64,000 nucleotides of DNA from Paramecium tetraurelia (lineage: Eukaryota). The DNA lies in the NCBI GenBank assembly GCA_000165425.1, contig CT868660.1:496001-560000 (forward strand), read 5' to 3'. The notes under the pieces are model-generated. The model was not told where the DNA came from and did no database searches. It saw nothing but the letters and a program-made list of their open reading frames with translations. Positions 39,801 to 52,500 of the stretch are shown piece by piece (position 1 is the stretch's first letter; every line of letters begins with the position of its first letter). The translations under genes were made by a program, and so were the position numbers.

Positions 39801-41668
39801 TCAGCTGGAATAAAGAAATTATTTTTTCCTTTAAGAAAAACAGTTCGACTCTTTCCAAATAATATGCTATGGCCTAACTTTTTAAATCTCTCTAAGTATT
39901 AATCATGCACTGAAGCCAAAAAGTCAGGCATTAATTAATTTATGTGTTTGATATCTCTAAAATCCATTTCATTTTCATAACCCCAAAATTAAGAAATCTA
40001 TTAAGTATTGATTCTAACGATTTGGCCTTATGATTTCACTATACTAGAATATAATAAGCAAATCTTATTTTCCATGATATTTCCATTCAATAATTTTCCT
40101 TCTGCCAAGTTTTCCGTTCTTAAAATATCATTCATCACCTTTTGCATTTTTATTGCTTATTAATAATCATTGACTATTATTGCATAATAAATTAATAAAA
40201 TAATTACTTCGATCACAGTTCTAGGCTGCTCAATATCTTCTATGTTTTCACATTTATAATTTTTTTCAAGCTATCTTTAACACTAGATGATTTTTTAACT
40301 TAGAGTTGAGGTTACTTGAAAAAGTCTCTTAAAATTGTTTATCAAAGAAATTAATTATCTCCAATAATTCAATTTATAATCTATTACACTAATTATCATA
40401 GGTATGGAATTATCTCTTACTTAAACAGCTTCATATATGTCTCTCGTTGACAATATTCTTTCATCTTAATATGAACCAGCTTTCATTATTTGATTGATAT
40501 TCTCTTATACTTTTCTTACTGATGTCCATAACTAATTATGCAAACTCGGAAATATGATTTTAAAGAACATAGAATGGTCTTAATGAATGTTGTAGTATTG
40601 TTTTAATCTACACAGAGCAGTTAGTGGAGCTTTATGAATGCACAAAAAATGAATCAGTGCCAATTCCAAGATTTCGTAATCTAATTTTAGTCTTTTACTT
40701 TGAATTATTTTATTTTCTAATTAACAAATTACTATGTCAACCTTGTTGTAGTTCTTGTGCAGCATTTTACAACTATTTTTGTGTTGCATCACTTTAATGT
40801 AATGTAGAATATCTTCTTAATCATAGAATTATTAGCATTGAATTAAAATTTGAAATTAATTCCGAGAATCAACATCTGCTTTCCTATCATACAATTAATA
40901 AGATAGAACATATGCCAGAGTTCCAAAAAGGACTGTAAAATAGAACATATTTTCCTCAGATTTAGTTATCAGAGAAATTGAGTTTACTATTACTATTGCA
41001 CTATATAGAAAATTATATTAGAAGGCTAATTTGTTGTATTGCAGTCGATAAGGTTTGAAAATAATGACATCCAAACACAAGGAAACTCCTTGGAAAAGAA
41101 GCATTATCTATTAGAACAAATGAAATTCGAAATCAATTAAACATATTGTATCCAAAATAACATTAATTATTGTAAGTTATGTAAATTTCCTAATAAAAGG
41201 ATTACTGTGTATAAATTTAGTGGATCTATTAAAATATAAATTAAAAGTTAGAATTGAGAAAAGGATAATCACACCAATTATAGAAAGTTCTATACTTCCA
41301 GATAGATAAGCCAACATGGCTACTTGAGGGATGTAAAATATCTTCCATAATAAGTTATTGTAATAAAATACTACTTACACTCTGAAAAAGCTCAAGATGA
41401 ATAGGGTAATGTTGACCAATATCAAAATGATTTTAATAGCGTCTGAAATTTCAAAGTATAAATATGACAAGAGGATATATGGAACATTTAATTTAAAATC
41501 TGAATATTTCCAAACATTCCAACCATCTTTCGGAAAAATGAAATGCGTTCTCAAAATAAATTAAAATAGCAGTGCACCTTTAAAAAATGAGTCCCACAAT
41601 TGAATTTTCGGAGATGCAGTCATTAAGTCTAAATAATTTTTGATTAGCTTTTAAGTTATCTGCAACAT
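36803..41668 (-). CDS. Large PAS-domain multi-pass membrane protein (TmcB/TmcC-like ciliate family)
   Basis: 4866-nt span, divisible by 3, apparently intronless. N-terminal TM bundle, helical region, PAS (FWGYENEMDFRDIKHINQLMPDFLASVHDQYLERFKKLGHSILFGKSRTVFLKGKNNFFIPADITI), further TM/extracellular modules, and C-terminal QINLLRLSLTVIPLE. Confidence 0.82.
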
Positions 41669-42067
41669 GATTGAAAGAATAAATTTATTTAAGCTAAACT
41701 AACTAATAACTTAAATTAATAATATATAATTATCTTATTTCAAATTATTTATGATCAAAATAACTAAACTTTTTATCTCATTAAAAGAAAGTTTTTTATT
41801 CACATAGAGGATGCAACACACAGAGAAATGTTGCAAATTTAATTTAATAACATTATTTGAATCGATCTTGAATTATAATTCAGCATAACGTTAATTAGGA
41901 TTTTAATAAATATTAATTTAGAAGAACTAAACAAATTATTCTTGAAATAATGAATAATCTTAGGATATTTATCATTATTAATGTCAAATAAAATTCTATT
42001 ATGAAGAAAAATTAATTTTATTTGAGCATCCTTTTTCTCTAAAATAGAATTCATAAAATTTATCATT

Positions 42068-44959
42068 TCAAGGTAATATTAATATAGATTTCATTCCTGA
42101 TGAGTCAAATACTAATTGAATAGGATTATTAGGTTATCTAATTTCAATTTATATTCCTGGTAAATTACACTTACCGATGTCTATAGGGAATAATAGATAT
42201 GATAAAATGACCTCATCATTTACCCAAATCATCTACTTTACTTTTCCCATAACAAAAAATTGTTTTTTTTCTTGGTCCTTTAATTAAATGAAGAAATTCT
42301 ATGCTTCCGAAGTCTTCAATTTAACTTAAATCTCAAAAGTTTGCTGAGTTTTGCAAGTAGGTGGTGATAAGATTTCCACATTTTGCAAATAAGATTACAC
42401 AATCACGTCATTAACATAAACATTAATCTCATATCTATGAGAATTTCTTTAATATTTAACTCTGAAATATCCAAATTATAAATAACTTGTTTGCTCTCTT
42501 GTTTAGAATATCACATTAAACTTATTTTTATTATAGAAATCTAAATCAACTACTGGGACAAATTCAGTTTCTTCAGGAACTAAATCATAAATTTCCAATT
42601 ATAAACTGCATCGACTAAAAGAGCTGACTGAATTCTTGTTTCGATTTTATGCATTTTAATAGACACTACTCAGTTGTTTAAGTTTAATTTTGTATGTAAA
42701 AGGAAACATAAATTTAATTTTCTTGGTAATAATATCCCCTAATATTCTAAAACTAATATTCTTTTCCTGAATTTAGGTTTCTGAAATTAAAATTGTAAAT
42801 TTGTTTGTTTTTATTATCTTATTATCAGTTTCTTTAAATTTCTATAAAGTATTTTTGTTTAAATTAAAGTTTATAAGCTCGACTTCAGTCGAATAACTTA
42901 ATTCAACTTGTATTTCATTAATTTCATTTATATAAGCGATATCAGAAGAAAAATTGATGATGGGAGGATCTCTTTATTTTTAAGATAAATAACTAACTTT
43001 GTATTTGTTTGAAAATAAATCAACATCTTAACAAATGATTGTGACAGATAATTTATCCCTATAAAATAACATTTATATATTACAAATATTTTCCAAATAG
43101 TTTAATCTAAACAGGCTTTTCAATTACTTTATCAGTTTATAACACTGAATTTTGGGTAGCAATAAATTCGATTTCATAATTCCTACAGTAAATAATTCCG
43201 GTCTCAATCAAATCCAAAATTTACTAGTTGATATTCATTTCTATTTTTAACTAGACAAAGGATTCATCTGATTCTAATTTAGAAATAGATATGAATGAAT
43301 TTGCTGGCACAACTATGTCTAATTTTTCATTTAATTATGAGGCTAATTTTTTAATATCTATGATTTTGCTTTGCTCATAAAGCAATATTTCACTTAACAA
43401 TTGAATCTATTTAATAAGTGGAGCTGTTTGATATTAAAGATAAATTAAATTTTTATATTCTTCTATCAATCCAAATTAAATCAAATTGTCTTGGATTTGT
43501 TATTTCAAATCAAAGTTTTTATGAATCAAGATTTGCAAATATTTAAAATAAACATTTGTATATTAATAAGTAACCTAACCATTATCATTGTATTATTTCC
43601 AGATTTCAAAAATAAATGAAACATCTGGAGCTAATTCTATCTCCTTTTGTCTAAAATTCATTATCTATTAATAATAAAATCTCTTTTTTTCACTCTTTAT
43701 CTCAATAATCTGATCATTTTCTCTGATCACGTAATTGGGTCTCCCTAAAAACTCAGGTTCTGATTTATATATTTAACAACCATATTATTCCATCTATGCA
43801 TTTGTTTGCTGCTCTCCCAGGTTTTGTAATTTTATATATGACAAGAGAGTTGTCTATGATGATTAGAAAAGATTACTTAACAGTAGTTATAGACTACGTT
43901 ATAATTAACAGTTAAAATCTTTGATTCTAAAAATCTAATAATTGATGTAAAGATCTTTACTCTCCACAAATATTCTTGAATATCAAATAAATTGCATTAG
44001 ATAATATTTTTAAAAGTCTTAAAATGAATTTCAAATTATTAAATGACATCTTAGTATTCTAGGTTTCTAAATAACTTGAATCTCAACTGATCAGCAATCT
44101 TGCTATCTCACAAATAAACAATACTTCTCTGTATTCTTCTGCCTATAGTAGCAGTTCATATGACAAATAGAAAGAGTTTTCGTCAGTGAAAGTTAATAAT
44201 TCTCTTCTTTTTGAAGCGAGTTAAGTGACAATCTCATATGATTGTTACAGATGCTTATTTGTTTTCTTACTATTATTCTCAATTTCGCTAATCAAAGTTT
44301 TCTTGATTTCAAGAATCAACTTTTAATCGCTCATTTCTTGCTTCTATAAATTACTAGCATCTGCTTTATATCTGTTGAAGAGTTCCAAATAAAAATTTTG
44401 TGAGTCCTCGACAATCATTTTTTTTAATCTTATTATTTAAATCATCTGTGTACCTTTTTAATTATTGGCCAATGTTCTCAAATTCTACTGCAAACACTTT
44501 TCTTAAATCTATTTCCTTTTTTAAATAATTGAAATCAAAGCCTCCCACATTTCTACCCGTAAGTATGATTATGATTTTGGGTTGAAACTTCTTAGCCAAT
44601 AAGAGTGTCTGTTTTAAAGAATTATAGTTGTCCAATAGGCTATTAAGTTTTTCAGCTATAATTAATAGAATCAATACATTCTGAAATATCGTAAATCCAA
44701 ATTACAACAGATGGAAACTTTTATATTAATTACTAAAATTACTGTTTTAAGTTTATTCAACCAAGACAATTTCATAATACCCCCTCCTTAATGAGCTAAT
44801 TTCTTGTATTCCAATTCTAGCAATATTATAAATCTAAGTTCATTAATATTAAATTTACTATTGCATTCCGCCTTCAAAATTACTTAGTTGATTTTTGAGT
44901 TTCTCCTTATAATCTCCCAATATGCAGACGATTGATTTATTAGTTGTAATCAAATCCAT
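42068..44959 (-). CDS. TRAPPC11: TRAPP III subunit TRAPPC11 (foie gras/gryzun)-like
   Basis: N-terminal GGGIMKLSWLNKLK/FPSVVIWIYD matches the TRAPPC11 GILK-x-x-W-x-x-K...P-x-V-V-V pattern. Helical middle; beta-sandwich C-terminus YLLFPIDIGKCNLPGIQI. Confidence 0.68.
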
Positions 44960-45035
44960 GAAATAAATATTTATATAAATATATATATAAATCTATTTTC
45001 TGAAGAGTTGTGACTTCAATATAATATAAAATTAT

Positions 45036-45851
45036 TCATTATTATTAGCTCAATAATAATACAATCCCCCCAACTGACTATTATTCGCAAATAGGACAAT
45101 AAGACTTAATCTTGATTTTGTCTATATTATTAATCTGTGCATTTTCAAAGCACTTAAAATTGCAAAAAGAGTTTGAACAATTAATGACTGTAAGTTCATT
45201 ATTAATGGTTTTTCGCTTAATATTTGAAAAAATCTGTTCCAATTAGTAGTTCAGCAACAAATCAAATTTATTTTTATTAGACAAGGTTGTTAAATCAGAA
45301 CGTTTAATGTTCACATTACCAAGACATTAAAGTGATAATTTATTAATTTTCAGATTTTATTCCATTAGCAAATACAACATAAATTGGTAATCTGTCTAAT
45401 TATTTTTAGCATATAAAAGGTCTATGATACACCCTTAAGGTTTATTTTATTGATTATGCTTTACATTCACTACATCTTGCTATTAAATATTCTTGCCTTC
45501 TGCTTCTGTTTATATTATTATTGAAGAAATCTAAATTTAACTTGGATCTGAATCTCCTTTATTTTATGGTGTTTAATTAAAGGGTTATTATTTAAATTTT
45601 GTCTACCATGTATCTTCATTTTCTTTAGATAGAGAATGTATTTTATTTTATGCATCTTAAATTAATTTAGAAATATTATCCAGTTAATCTTTGCATTATT
45701 GTTATACATTAATTGGAATACCTTTGATCTTAGACAATTAGTCTATAAATTATTGAAGGTAACTTTATATATTTTTTAGCTTTTCCCAATCAAAATAGTC
45801 TTACAGATTAAATATCTTTTATTACTCTTTATTTTATGCATTATGAGCCAT
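45036..45851 (-). CDS. Hypothetical protein with a C-terminal Cys-rich zinc-binding motif (IBR-like)
   Basis: Continuous 272-codon ORF: MAHNAQNKEQQKIFNLQDYFDWEK...INCSNSFCNFKCFE...SYCPICEQQS. Confidence 0.65.
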
Positions 45852-46597
45852 ATATTAATCTTTTGGAATTTTATTACGAGTTTATGCCTGTCCCTAATTC
45901 TACATTTTTTTTTAATTAAATTAAAATTTTTAATATATTTATTAGAAATAAATCTAGTTCTTACAAAATGGATTTTGTTCAACGAATAAAAATTATGCTT
46001 ATAGGGATTAAATTATCATGATAGGTAGAGCATTTTTAAATTATGATAATTATATTGAATTTCATTGATTAATCATAATCTTCAATATAGTAATAAACTT
46101 TAAATTTTATACATAAATTTTAAGAAAATCTTATTTGAAATAACCATAGATAGATTAAAGTACTTCATTTGCGTTTTAATTTTAAACAATCCAAAACTTA
46201 CCTATTATAATCAATAATGCTCTAAAAGATAAAAATTATATTAATTTTATTGAAAATTATATCATAAATCTTGCAAAAGTAGAGCCATGACTAAATTTTT
46301 ATTTAAAATCTCTTCACCTTTCAGCCTTGTAAAGTTAAAAGCACTAAATTATTTGGTAGACATAATGAATTCATAATTTTCTCGTGAGCACAGAAATTTG
46401 TAACCGCGGAGAGGTGTATTTATTAAATAAAATATTGATAAATTTATCATACCTTTAGCTCCTTATTTATAGATCAAGTTATGTATCTTTTTATAGTGTA
46501 ATGTTAATTCAAATTAAAATAGAGGTAGGTTTATATAGAACAATAGTATATATATTTTTTATTCATTATTAAACAATATTAATTAATTTATATATTA

Positions 46598-49500
46598 ATG
46601 TAACTAAGAGGAGGAGGAGTTGGATGTATGAAATATGGTAATGCAATAAACACTATTACGCCTCACAATAATTAATCGTAGGTCGAATAACAAGCTCCAC
46701 CACCTAATTTATAAAACTAAATTATATTTCACTCAAATAGGATTGCTAAGAATGCTGTAACTGCTGTTGATAAAAAGAATGATCTAATGAATAGTTTTCA
46801 ATTTTTTTTTATTCATGAAAGGCAACTTTGGGAATAAGCAAAACATCCAAATTAATAATAAGAAAATATTGATTTAATTTTGGAGTGCCTCAATTAACTT
46901 TTACCAGCCTTAAAAATTTTTATCTAATCTAACCATTTATATGCACTTTTTACTTCATAATTGATTTGTAGTTTAATTTGGGTAATATTTACATTCTATT
47001 CCACAAAAAAAGAAAGGATCTTAAAGGTTTAATAATAGTAATAATACTTAACTGAAATTGAGTAAATATATGAAAGATTAGAGATAGAGAGTGAAGGATC
47101 AAAATATCAAAATAACATAGAATATGAATTATTTGTCATTAGGGCAGTATTATTTATTACTCCAACCGATTCGTAAGAAGGCTCTGAGATTCTGTCGTCA
47201 TTTTGTTAAGGTGCCTTTTCAAGCCTAACTTCATTCACCCTTGATGATAAATTGATTGAAAGTTTAAAAAAAGGAGTTGTATACTTATATCAATAAGGTG
47301 TGAAATATTCTAGAATGAAAAAATTAGAAATTATATTTTCATTAATGAGTTTGAAGTTTGATGCTATGAATAAATTGGAAGAGAGTAAGGAGACAAATGC
47401 ATAGAGTAGTAAATCCAAGGTAGTTGCTGAATTGTTGGGTAAAATGTATTGCAATGTTGTGAAAGAATCTAGCGATTGGGAAATTTGGTATTGTTGGATT
47501 TAAACATTATCTTCTTTATTTCAATTCAAGCCAGTGGTATAGAAGTTAAACTTAGAAGAATCTCTGAAGAGTGAGATATTGAACAAGGATTATGTAATTA
47601 CAACACTTGGAGATTAAAAAATATTGTCTTTAAAATACTCTATAATTTAAACTGATATAAACTCTAAGAAAGTATTCAATAGTTCAACGACACTCTAAGA
47701 ATTAGCCTAACTTTAGAATTTCATTTTAAACGGTTATGACTAATTATCTAATTATGAATAATAGTATTTTATTAAACTTCAGGCTTTAGATGAATAAAAG
47801 TAAAATAATTAACCATAATTGCCAATTACTTTATCAAGAATTTCCTAATTATTGAATTAAGTATAATCTTTGTAATCAACATTTATTGAATTTAATGAGA
47901 TTGTAATGTCTCAAGATTTTACAGATCAATAAAAGTTAAAGTAATCAGAGAAATTAATGAAAGAATCTCAAATGAAAATAATTGCATCTTTATAAGAAAT
48001 AGAACATTTGGATACATTGAAAACTATTATTTAAGATTCATCTTAATCAAGAAATAGTTAAAGTATCTATTTTGATGACTACTATTAAATCTAATAAACT
48101 AATTGTCAAATTTATCTAATGAGATTGGCTGATTTTGAAAAAGATAAATACCAAAAAACATCCAAATCTGTTGATTATATTAAAATTATTGAAGAATTAA
48201 TTTAAAGTTCCAAAAAAGATGAAACTATTAATAAGACATTTGAAGATTTTAAAAAGTAACAAAATGACAAAGGTAATATCATGAATTTGTAAAATTCTTT
48301 GAAAAGTTTAGTTTGCAAAAAAGAAAAAAGTTTAAATTTTCAATAAGATGATTATTTATTGGGGCTCATCTAAGCAATAAATTTGAATTAATAATGGATA
48401 TCTAATTTGGAATGGAATTTACAAAATTGCATAATCTTACAAATATATCTAAGAATGTTATTATAAGAATAAAATAATGATAGAGATTCTAATCTTAAAG
48501 AATCAATAATTCGTATTGCTAATCAACATATATCCTACTAATCATTAAGTTAATCAATTAAATTTTTATATAATCAATACTTTAATTGTGAATGTATTTT
48601 TTTTAAGAAATTTTCGAGACCTGAATAAAAATCAAAGAGTAATCTGGAAAAGTTGCTGATAACCTTATTAATTGATAATTTTGATGCCAAAAACACTAAC
48701 CTATCAATTCTTAGTATCCATTTGTTTTCCGAAAGATCCTCAGATAAGAATGTGAAATTTGATTTGGAAATCTCAAAGATGATGGAGGAGGAGATGGATC
48801 AGTCAATAAGTTATATAAATTAAGTTTAAAGTGCTTTAAAAATGATTATTGATTATCTTCAATATGAAGATGGAGCTAATAAAGAAGTAACTGATGAATT
48901 AGGATATCTTAAGGACACAAAATGCATCAATGAAGTGAAACAAAAATTGAATGAAAATTACATAAACAGTTAAGAATGTTTGCAAAAGCTTTAGAATTAT
49001 TTTGAAAAATTTAAGTAGATTTTTACAAGCTTAGAGACTAGTATTAAGGACACTGATCAAGGTTTTTATGAATATTTAAATCAGAAATTAAATTAATTAG
49101 ATTAATTGATAGTGTTATTTACAGGACTTGTTGAATTATGTATTATTAATAAAAAAGACGAAGAATTAGTCAAACAAATCAAAGAAGATATTGGAGAGAA
49201 GTTAAATTAATTGATTGGTTAAACATATGTCAAAAATGATAATCTCAATATTTAACTTAACAATACAATCCAAGATGAAATTGAATTTTACAAAAATATT
49301 CATTCTGAATTAGAAGAATTGAGATAAAAATTAGAGAAACAATTGAATCAAGTTAAAGATACTGAAAAAGAACTATAATAAATTTAAAAAAAATAGAAAA
49401 ATGTAGTAACATTAGAAAAGTTATAAAAATAGAATAATAGTTATGATACTGTTCTCAAAGACACTAAAGACGAGATCACATAATCTCTTAGAAAGTTATA

Positions 49501-52500
49501 ATAAGAATAAACTACTATAGAATTAGATATTTCAAAGATAAAAGAAAAATTAAGCTAAATACAAAAGATTTAACATAAGAAGGATATTGAATCTCAATTA
49601 CACTTTATTTTGGTTTAAATAGAAAGTAAGGAGAAGTAATGTAATTACTTTGAATAGCAATATGATAAAATTAAAGAAGAAATTGTAGATATTCTATAAA
49701 ATAATAAATGGAGAATAAGATAAGTTATTATTTACGAATTGCAATAAATGAAGTAGTTTTGTTTATCAGAAAACACAATTAACCTAAGTTCAGGGCTTTT
49801 GGTTAAATTTTCAGTTTTTGAAACCAATAAAAAAATAAGACTACTATTCAACAATTAAGGGGGATAGGAATCTTTAAAGATCTTAAGTCATTATTGGCCA
49901 AGTCAAGAGCAAATGATTTAAAATAAAATCAAAGAAAAAATTAAGGAATTAAACGATATTGCTTAAAAATTGACAATAGAAACCTCAACCCAATTGAAAA
50001 TTAAATATCAAAAGGAATATGGCAGATTGGAGAAAGAAATTTAGGGAATTCTAGGAAATGTGGAAAATATAGGAAATCAACTGGAGATAACAATCCTGTT
50101 TTTTTAGGATTTGAAGTAAGATCTTTTAAGAATAGAAAATTAAATCAAACAACTTTAGGAAGCCATGGAAAGCATCAATAAGGATCTCAAGTTCTTAAAA
50201 GGAAGATCAGTGAAAGAACTATTTGAAATGAGAATGAAAAGAGTACTTCAATAAAGGTTAGTTTATAATTCGGATAATGTTTATATTTAAATTTTAACAA
50301 AGGAAAAGATATTATTAGAAGATAAGGAAGATAATGAAACTTTATTATTTACAGAGGATTTATTTGGAAATGGAGAAATTAATGAATTTATTTGGAAATA
50401 ATAGAAAGATTCTTTATTAATTCATGGATAAGCAGGATCAGGAAAGAGTACAGCTGCTAGAAAGATTGAAGAATTTCTATGGCTTATCTATTAGAAAAAC
50501 AAAAATCAAACTGATTATATTCCATTAATTCCAATCTTTGTTTCACTTCCTTAATTAAAAGACCCTATATATTGTGCAATAGAGGAGACTCTTAGATCAG
50601 ATAATTATAGATTTAGTGAAAGACAAGTAGAGGAACTTAAAGAAGCATTAGAACAAAAAAAATACAGATTGATAATCATTATGGATAGTTATGATGAACT
50701 GAAGCAACAATATATTGGAATGAATTTGAATCTCTCCAATAGAATTTCGAAATGGAGATGCAGTTCCGATAAAAACAAGTACCCTAAGGTAATTACTACT
50801 TCAAGATCAGAACTCTTCACAATAAAGGGATATGGCTCTTGGTTTTTATCAGAATCGAATGATCCCAATTATTATAAGGAGGTGCGATTATTAAAATTTA
50901 CAGAGAACCAAATAAAGCAATATATTCAAGAATACACATTCCTAAGTGTCAAAAGAATAATTAAGGAGTTCTATTTTGCTGCTTATTAAGATTAGGATTA
51001 TTAAGAGTTTGAGAACGTTTATGTAGATATTATCAAGACAGTAGGATTGCTAAATATAAAATAAGACAAGCAATAAATGCTTAGTCAGGATATCATTGAA
51101 TCTTTAATTTTGAAATGCAAGCATTTTGTTTCAACTGAACATCAGAAATCGCTGGCTTAGATGTTAATGGAGATTTGGTCTAGTTGGAAGTATGAAAACT
51201 TCATAAAGTTGATGGGGTTGGAGTAGGTCATAGAAACACCATTTATGGTGGAAATAGTGATGGCTGTTCTTCCTTATGTAGTAAAGTAGAGGTAGGAAAT
51301 TAATAATATCAAAGAGAACTTTATTAAAAAATACGTTTATTTGAGTAAATATAGTGATTCTTTATAAAAATAGGCGCTTGATGAATGGCAGGGGATAGTG
51401 AATAATTAATAGTTCCTTACAAAATTTATTCAGGAATTTTAGATTTCTGAATAGGAGAAGATGATAAAGCAATATTTTTAGAATAATTAAAGCTTTAATA
51501 TAATAGAGAAGGCATTGCTCTTAGAACCCTTGTCTACATATGATTTTTATATCCAATTTTTAGAGCATTATTTTAAGAGATAAATAAATAAGCTGAGAGA
51601 AACAGGAGAATAGATTGATTTTGATTCAATAGGAAATCAATTATGGGAATTTGCTCATAAATTGGCGAATGAAATGACATTTAACAATTTGAGTTAAGTT
51701 CCTTTTTAACCGGGTGGATTAGTGTTTAAAAAGGAGGACAAAGATTGGAGAGATGACTTTTTTAATGATGATTGTTAAGAAGGGACGTTCAAAAGATTAT
51801 TTAGAAAATGTATACCAATTAGATAGAAAAGTGGAATTTATTCATTCAATCACAAATCTTTATAAGAGTTCTTAGTAGCCAAATGGTTTATAGAACAATT
51901 GGTCAAGTTAGATGTATAAGAGGTCAAGTTAGAGTTGGAAGCGGTCAAGAAGGATCAATAAGCGGTCAAGTAGGATCAATAAGGATAGGAAAAACCTGTA
52001 AAAACTGATAAAGACAAGCAGAAATAATTAGTTAAATACAATTTCTTTTAAAAGTCGTGGGATTTTGATTATATGCAAGGACCTATTCGATTTATAATCA
52101 ATAAAATAAATTTCAATGAAGAATTAAAATAGAAACTAATGAATATAATCTATTTTTCAAGATATCATGATGATTTTATTATTGGAAGTTCTAATAGTCT
52201 GTATTTATTAAATCTCTTAGGGTAGTAATTTATAGAGACAGATTTTCAAAAAATCAAAATTAAATAAGTGAGTTTAAATAATGCTAACTTTTTTCGTTGT
52301 AATTTCAACTATTCCATATTTAACAAAGTGAAATTGTCTGGAGTCAATCTGAATAATACTGAGATAAAGACAGCAACATGGGATATTTTAATTGATGAAT
52401 TACCAAAAATAGAAACCAATATTGGAATTGCAAATTAGATTATATATATTGAAGAAGAAAATATTTTTTTAGTACACGATCGTATTTAAGTCAAATAATA

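Noticed and set aside
46380..46420. Short GC-richer patch (gtaaccgcggagaggtg) upstream of the NACHT gene, considered as tRNA or ncRNA
   Set aside because: It is too short and shows no cloverleaf, T-loop or other recognisable RNA motif.
51902..51985. CRISPR-like or mobile-element repeat
   Set aside because: The units are contiguous, in frame and lack unique spacers; the context is eukaryotic with no cas genes.
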